Below, piece by piece: positions 61,212 to 64,000 of a stretch of 64,000 nt of DNA. This stretch comes from Leucoraja ocellata (Eukaryota): contig JAWMAR010000058.1 in the NCBI GenBank assembly GCA_036785375.1, positions 6,820,001 to 6,884,000 of the forward strand, in the 5' to 3' direction. How positions within the stretch are numbered: the stretch's first letter is position 1; every line of letters begins with the position of its first letter. The notes beneath the pieces were generated by a model that searched no databases, was not told the DNA's origin, and was given only the letters and a program-made list of their open reading frames with translations. The position numbers were made by a program, and so were the translations under genes.

Positions 61212-62019
61212 AGATGATCAGATCTATTTGGTTAATGCACCATACCACCACGCTCCAACTTACACTCTTTAAGTCATGGTATCTTTGTGGAAATTACCAG
61301 TCTCTATGGATCTTTATTGCTCAAAATGTCACACACTTCACTTCCCTTTAACTGTGGAACATGAATCAATATTTTGCTTCCAATGTCACACAGTCCATTT
61401 ACTGAGCACACGAGTTTCTGTTTAAGAAGGAACTAAATGTTAAAGTGTACTGTTCAATCTATCAGAATTAGCAATGAAAGGCTTGGCATACCACAGCATT
61501 ACACCTAGTGAAAGATTTTAAACACATCAAAGACACGGAGAAACTTGAGAAGGAAGCACTTCAGACAAGGAATTTCGTTGCAATCCTTCAATGATCTGCA
61601 ACATTAGTTGTGCACAGAATGGAAGATTTGTTAAATTCCAGTCTTCCACCATGCGACTCTGATACGCCAACTGGGCAATAACATTGTAGTAATACTGGAA
61701 ATCGATCAGCAAGTCAAACACACTGATGTGCTAATGATTTAGTATTTTTAGTGAAATGGGGAGAAGGATAAATATTATGCAGGACAACAGAGAGATCTCA
61801 TCGGTTCTGCTTTCAGTTGTCTTTGTTGCCTCAATGAAAGGCTCACCACCTCTGGATTGGTTCTTGAACCCAGGACCGCTGAAGCAGGGCAGCACTGAAC
61901 TATTCTCACCCGACAGTTCCAATTGAAAAATAATTATTTTCTTCTGCTTCTTGCACAGGTATAAAAACATAAAGGTACATAAAACCTACCCAAGCTTTTC
62001 AATGGTTACCAGCTATGTT

Positions 62020-62420
62020 TGTGAATGGGACACGTTATGGGTGATGTGGTGGGAGCAATTGTGGATGGAGTAATGGACAGAGTTGTAGGTGGGCTGTGGG
62101 TTATTGGCGGGATGTATAGCTGGAGCAGTTGTGGGTGGTTTGTGACTGTTGGTGTGAGTGGAGTTGTGTGCGGGGCATGGTTGATATGGTGGGTAGAGGT
62201 ATAGATGGCATATGGGTGGTCAGTGGGTGAACTGTGGTTGGGGGTGTGGGTGATGTGTGGGGAAGTGGGGTGGGGTGCGGTTGGGATGTTGTGGGGTGGG
62301 ATGACGTTTGGGTTGTGCGGAATGTGGGTGGGGTGCAGTTACAGTTGGGTTTGTGGATGATGTTGTGGGTGAAGGTGGTCTTACAAATAGGTTTGTGGGT
62401 GGGGGTGTGTGTGGAGCTCT
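62020..62420. repeat. GT-rich low-complexity tract
   Basis: G/T strand bias. Confidence 0.8.
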
Positions 62421-62724
62421 GGGTGATGTCAGCTGATTGGGAGAATTGGTGCCTTACAATCAATGTCACACAGAACAGACACAGAGTGTCTGCTACAATC
62501 AGGGATTGTTGGCAACTCCGCCTGAGTATAAACATGCCAACCAATAAAGGTTCCAGCACGCCAGCAAGAACACTAATAAAGCAGATCAGCCACAGGGATT
62601 TAGTTTGAAAGGAATGGAATTGAAAAGTCGGTAAGTTGTGCTAAAGCTAAATTGTACCTTGTTTAGACCACACACACGGCACTGTGTACAAATGTGGTTG
62701 TCATGCACAAAAGAAATAGAAACA

Positions 62725-63100
62725 CTGCAGAGGTGATTCACAGGGATGTTATCTGAGATGTGAGGGTACAACAGCAGGAGATGGTGAACACCCGTCTCTC
62801 TTCTCTTGAGGTGATCTTTTGAAGGTTTTTAATGCGTGAAAGGTTGTGATAGGATAGGGAGTGGATAGGATGAGATTGTTCCCCCCTGTGGGAACGAGAA
62901 CAACTAGAGGCCATCAATATAAGATTGTCACCAACGGGGAATGCAGACAAAACCTTTTCACCCAAAGAGAGAAAATGGAACTCACCACTATTGGGAGTTT
63001 TTGCAACTGCTCAGGTACACTTGAGGGGAGGCTAGAAGTACAAAAGCAGAAGGGAACTGAGGATTAGACAGATAGAATTCAGTGTGCCAGGTTGAACATG
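62725..63100 (+). mobile_element. Old CR1 3' fragment
   Basis: DRMRLFPPVGTRTTRGHQYKI..NLFTQR. Confidence 0.75.
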
Positions 63101-63484
63101 AATCCTACCAAGAAATAAGGAGATCATTCTCCTAATGGGTGCTTGGGGTCTTAGAAATGTGAGCAAAACTGTCCTTGAGTTAACCTGTCCTCACTAGCAG
63201 AATGCATTTGGTTTTGGACTTCCTAATACTGCAATTCATAATACTGCATGGCCCACTGCCTGAGTGTAGTGTGGTCCCTAGCAAGGAACATGGGTCAGCA
63301 CCGTCTTTCAAAAGATGCAGGCGGACTCCTTCAACTGTTGTAGTCAGCCAGTGTTTGACACTGGTAAAGGGAGGCATGGAACCACTTCAATGCAAACCAT
63401 CATTAATTCCACTAAAGGGCTCATCTTCATTTAGTTCTGCAAACCCACCCTTCCCAACATTCCATATATCACTATGACATAGAA

Positions 63485-63770
63485 GTGGACATTTGGCCCA
63501 TCGAATCTCATAGTGCAATCCCATTCTCTACTCATTTATTCTGTCACTTATTCTCCCCAAATTCCCATTTCCTCCCTCTAGGTTCCACTATCCACTTGCA
63601 CTAGAGGCAATTTACAGTGGCCAAGTGACCGACCAACCTGAATATGTTTGGGATGTAAGGGGAACCCAGAACACCAGGTGGAAACTCAAGCAGCCATCAA
63701 GAGAAAGTACAAACTGTGAGCAGACAGTAGCCATGGTCAGGATTGAACATGTGTCGCTGTTACTGTGAGG
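63485..63770 (-). mobile_element. V-SINE, diverged
   Basis: ATGTTTGGGATGTAAGGGGAACCCAGAACACC..GTACAAACT..CAGGATTGAAC. Confidence 0.75.
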
Positions 63771-64000
63771 TAGGGCACCTGTAGTGAGCGAGCACTGTTT
63801 GCTGACTGGCTGACAGCTGGGCTAGTGAGGGGGCAATCACGTCACAGGTAGAGCAGAAAGCCTGAAGGAAGTACCTGGGGCAGGGACTAAGGTTTCCTAC
63901 ATCAGGAGCCGGCAACTCGCTGCTCAGCCCACTGATAGTCACTGATCCCAAACAATACAGAATATTTCAGGTTGAAACCAATGGCTCCTTAAAGTACTGT

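Noticed and set aside
61935-61980. Possible 16-nt microexon after TTCTTCTGCTTCTTGCACAG
   Set aside because: Weak donor (AAG|GTACAT) and no other support

Overview
This window is repeat-rich, apparently non-coding vertebrate DNA (gene desert or large intron). The repeat content points to a cartilaginous fish, most likely a skate or ray; this is inferred from HE1/V-SINEs, SacSINE1-like DeuSINEs and HER1/CR1 LINEs. I find no intact host protein-coding gene, rRNA, true tRNA gene or CRISPR array. There is one 200-N gap at 4254-4453. Recognisable content: many CR1 fragments, V-SINEs, DeuSINEs, L2 and Rex1/Babar fragments, a full-length decayed IR/DR Tc1 transposon (29896-31472, TA TSD), and two PIF/Harbinger-like MITEs (TTA TSD). 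The most interesting signal is about 20 Penelope-like (PLE) 3'-end derivatives carrying a minimal hammerhead-ribozyme motif (CTGAAGA-stem-GAAAC-GTC). Many are short head-to-head inverted units, and several have 10-15 bp TSDs. Unique stretches between repeats hold candidate regulatory signals (RFX X-box, SoxE-type palindrome, phased YY1-like and CCAAT arrays) and three candidate non-coding exons. Family names come from recalled motifs, not database searches. Repeat boundaries without a TSD are approximate.
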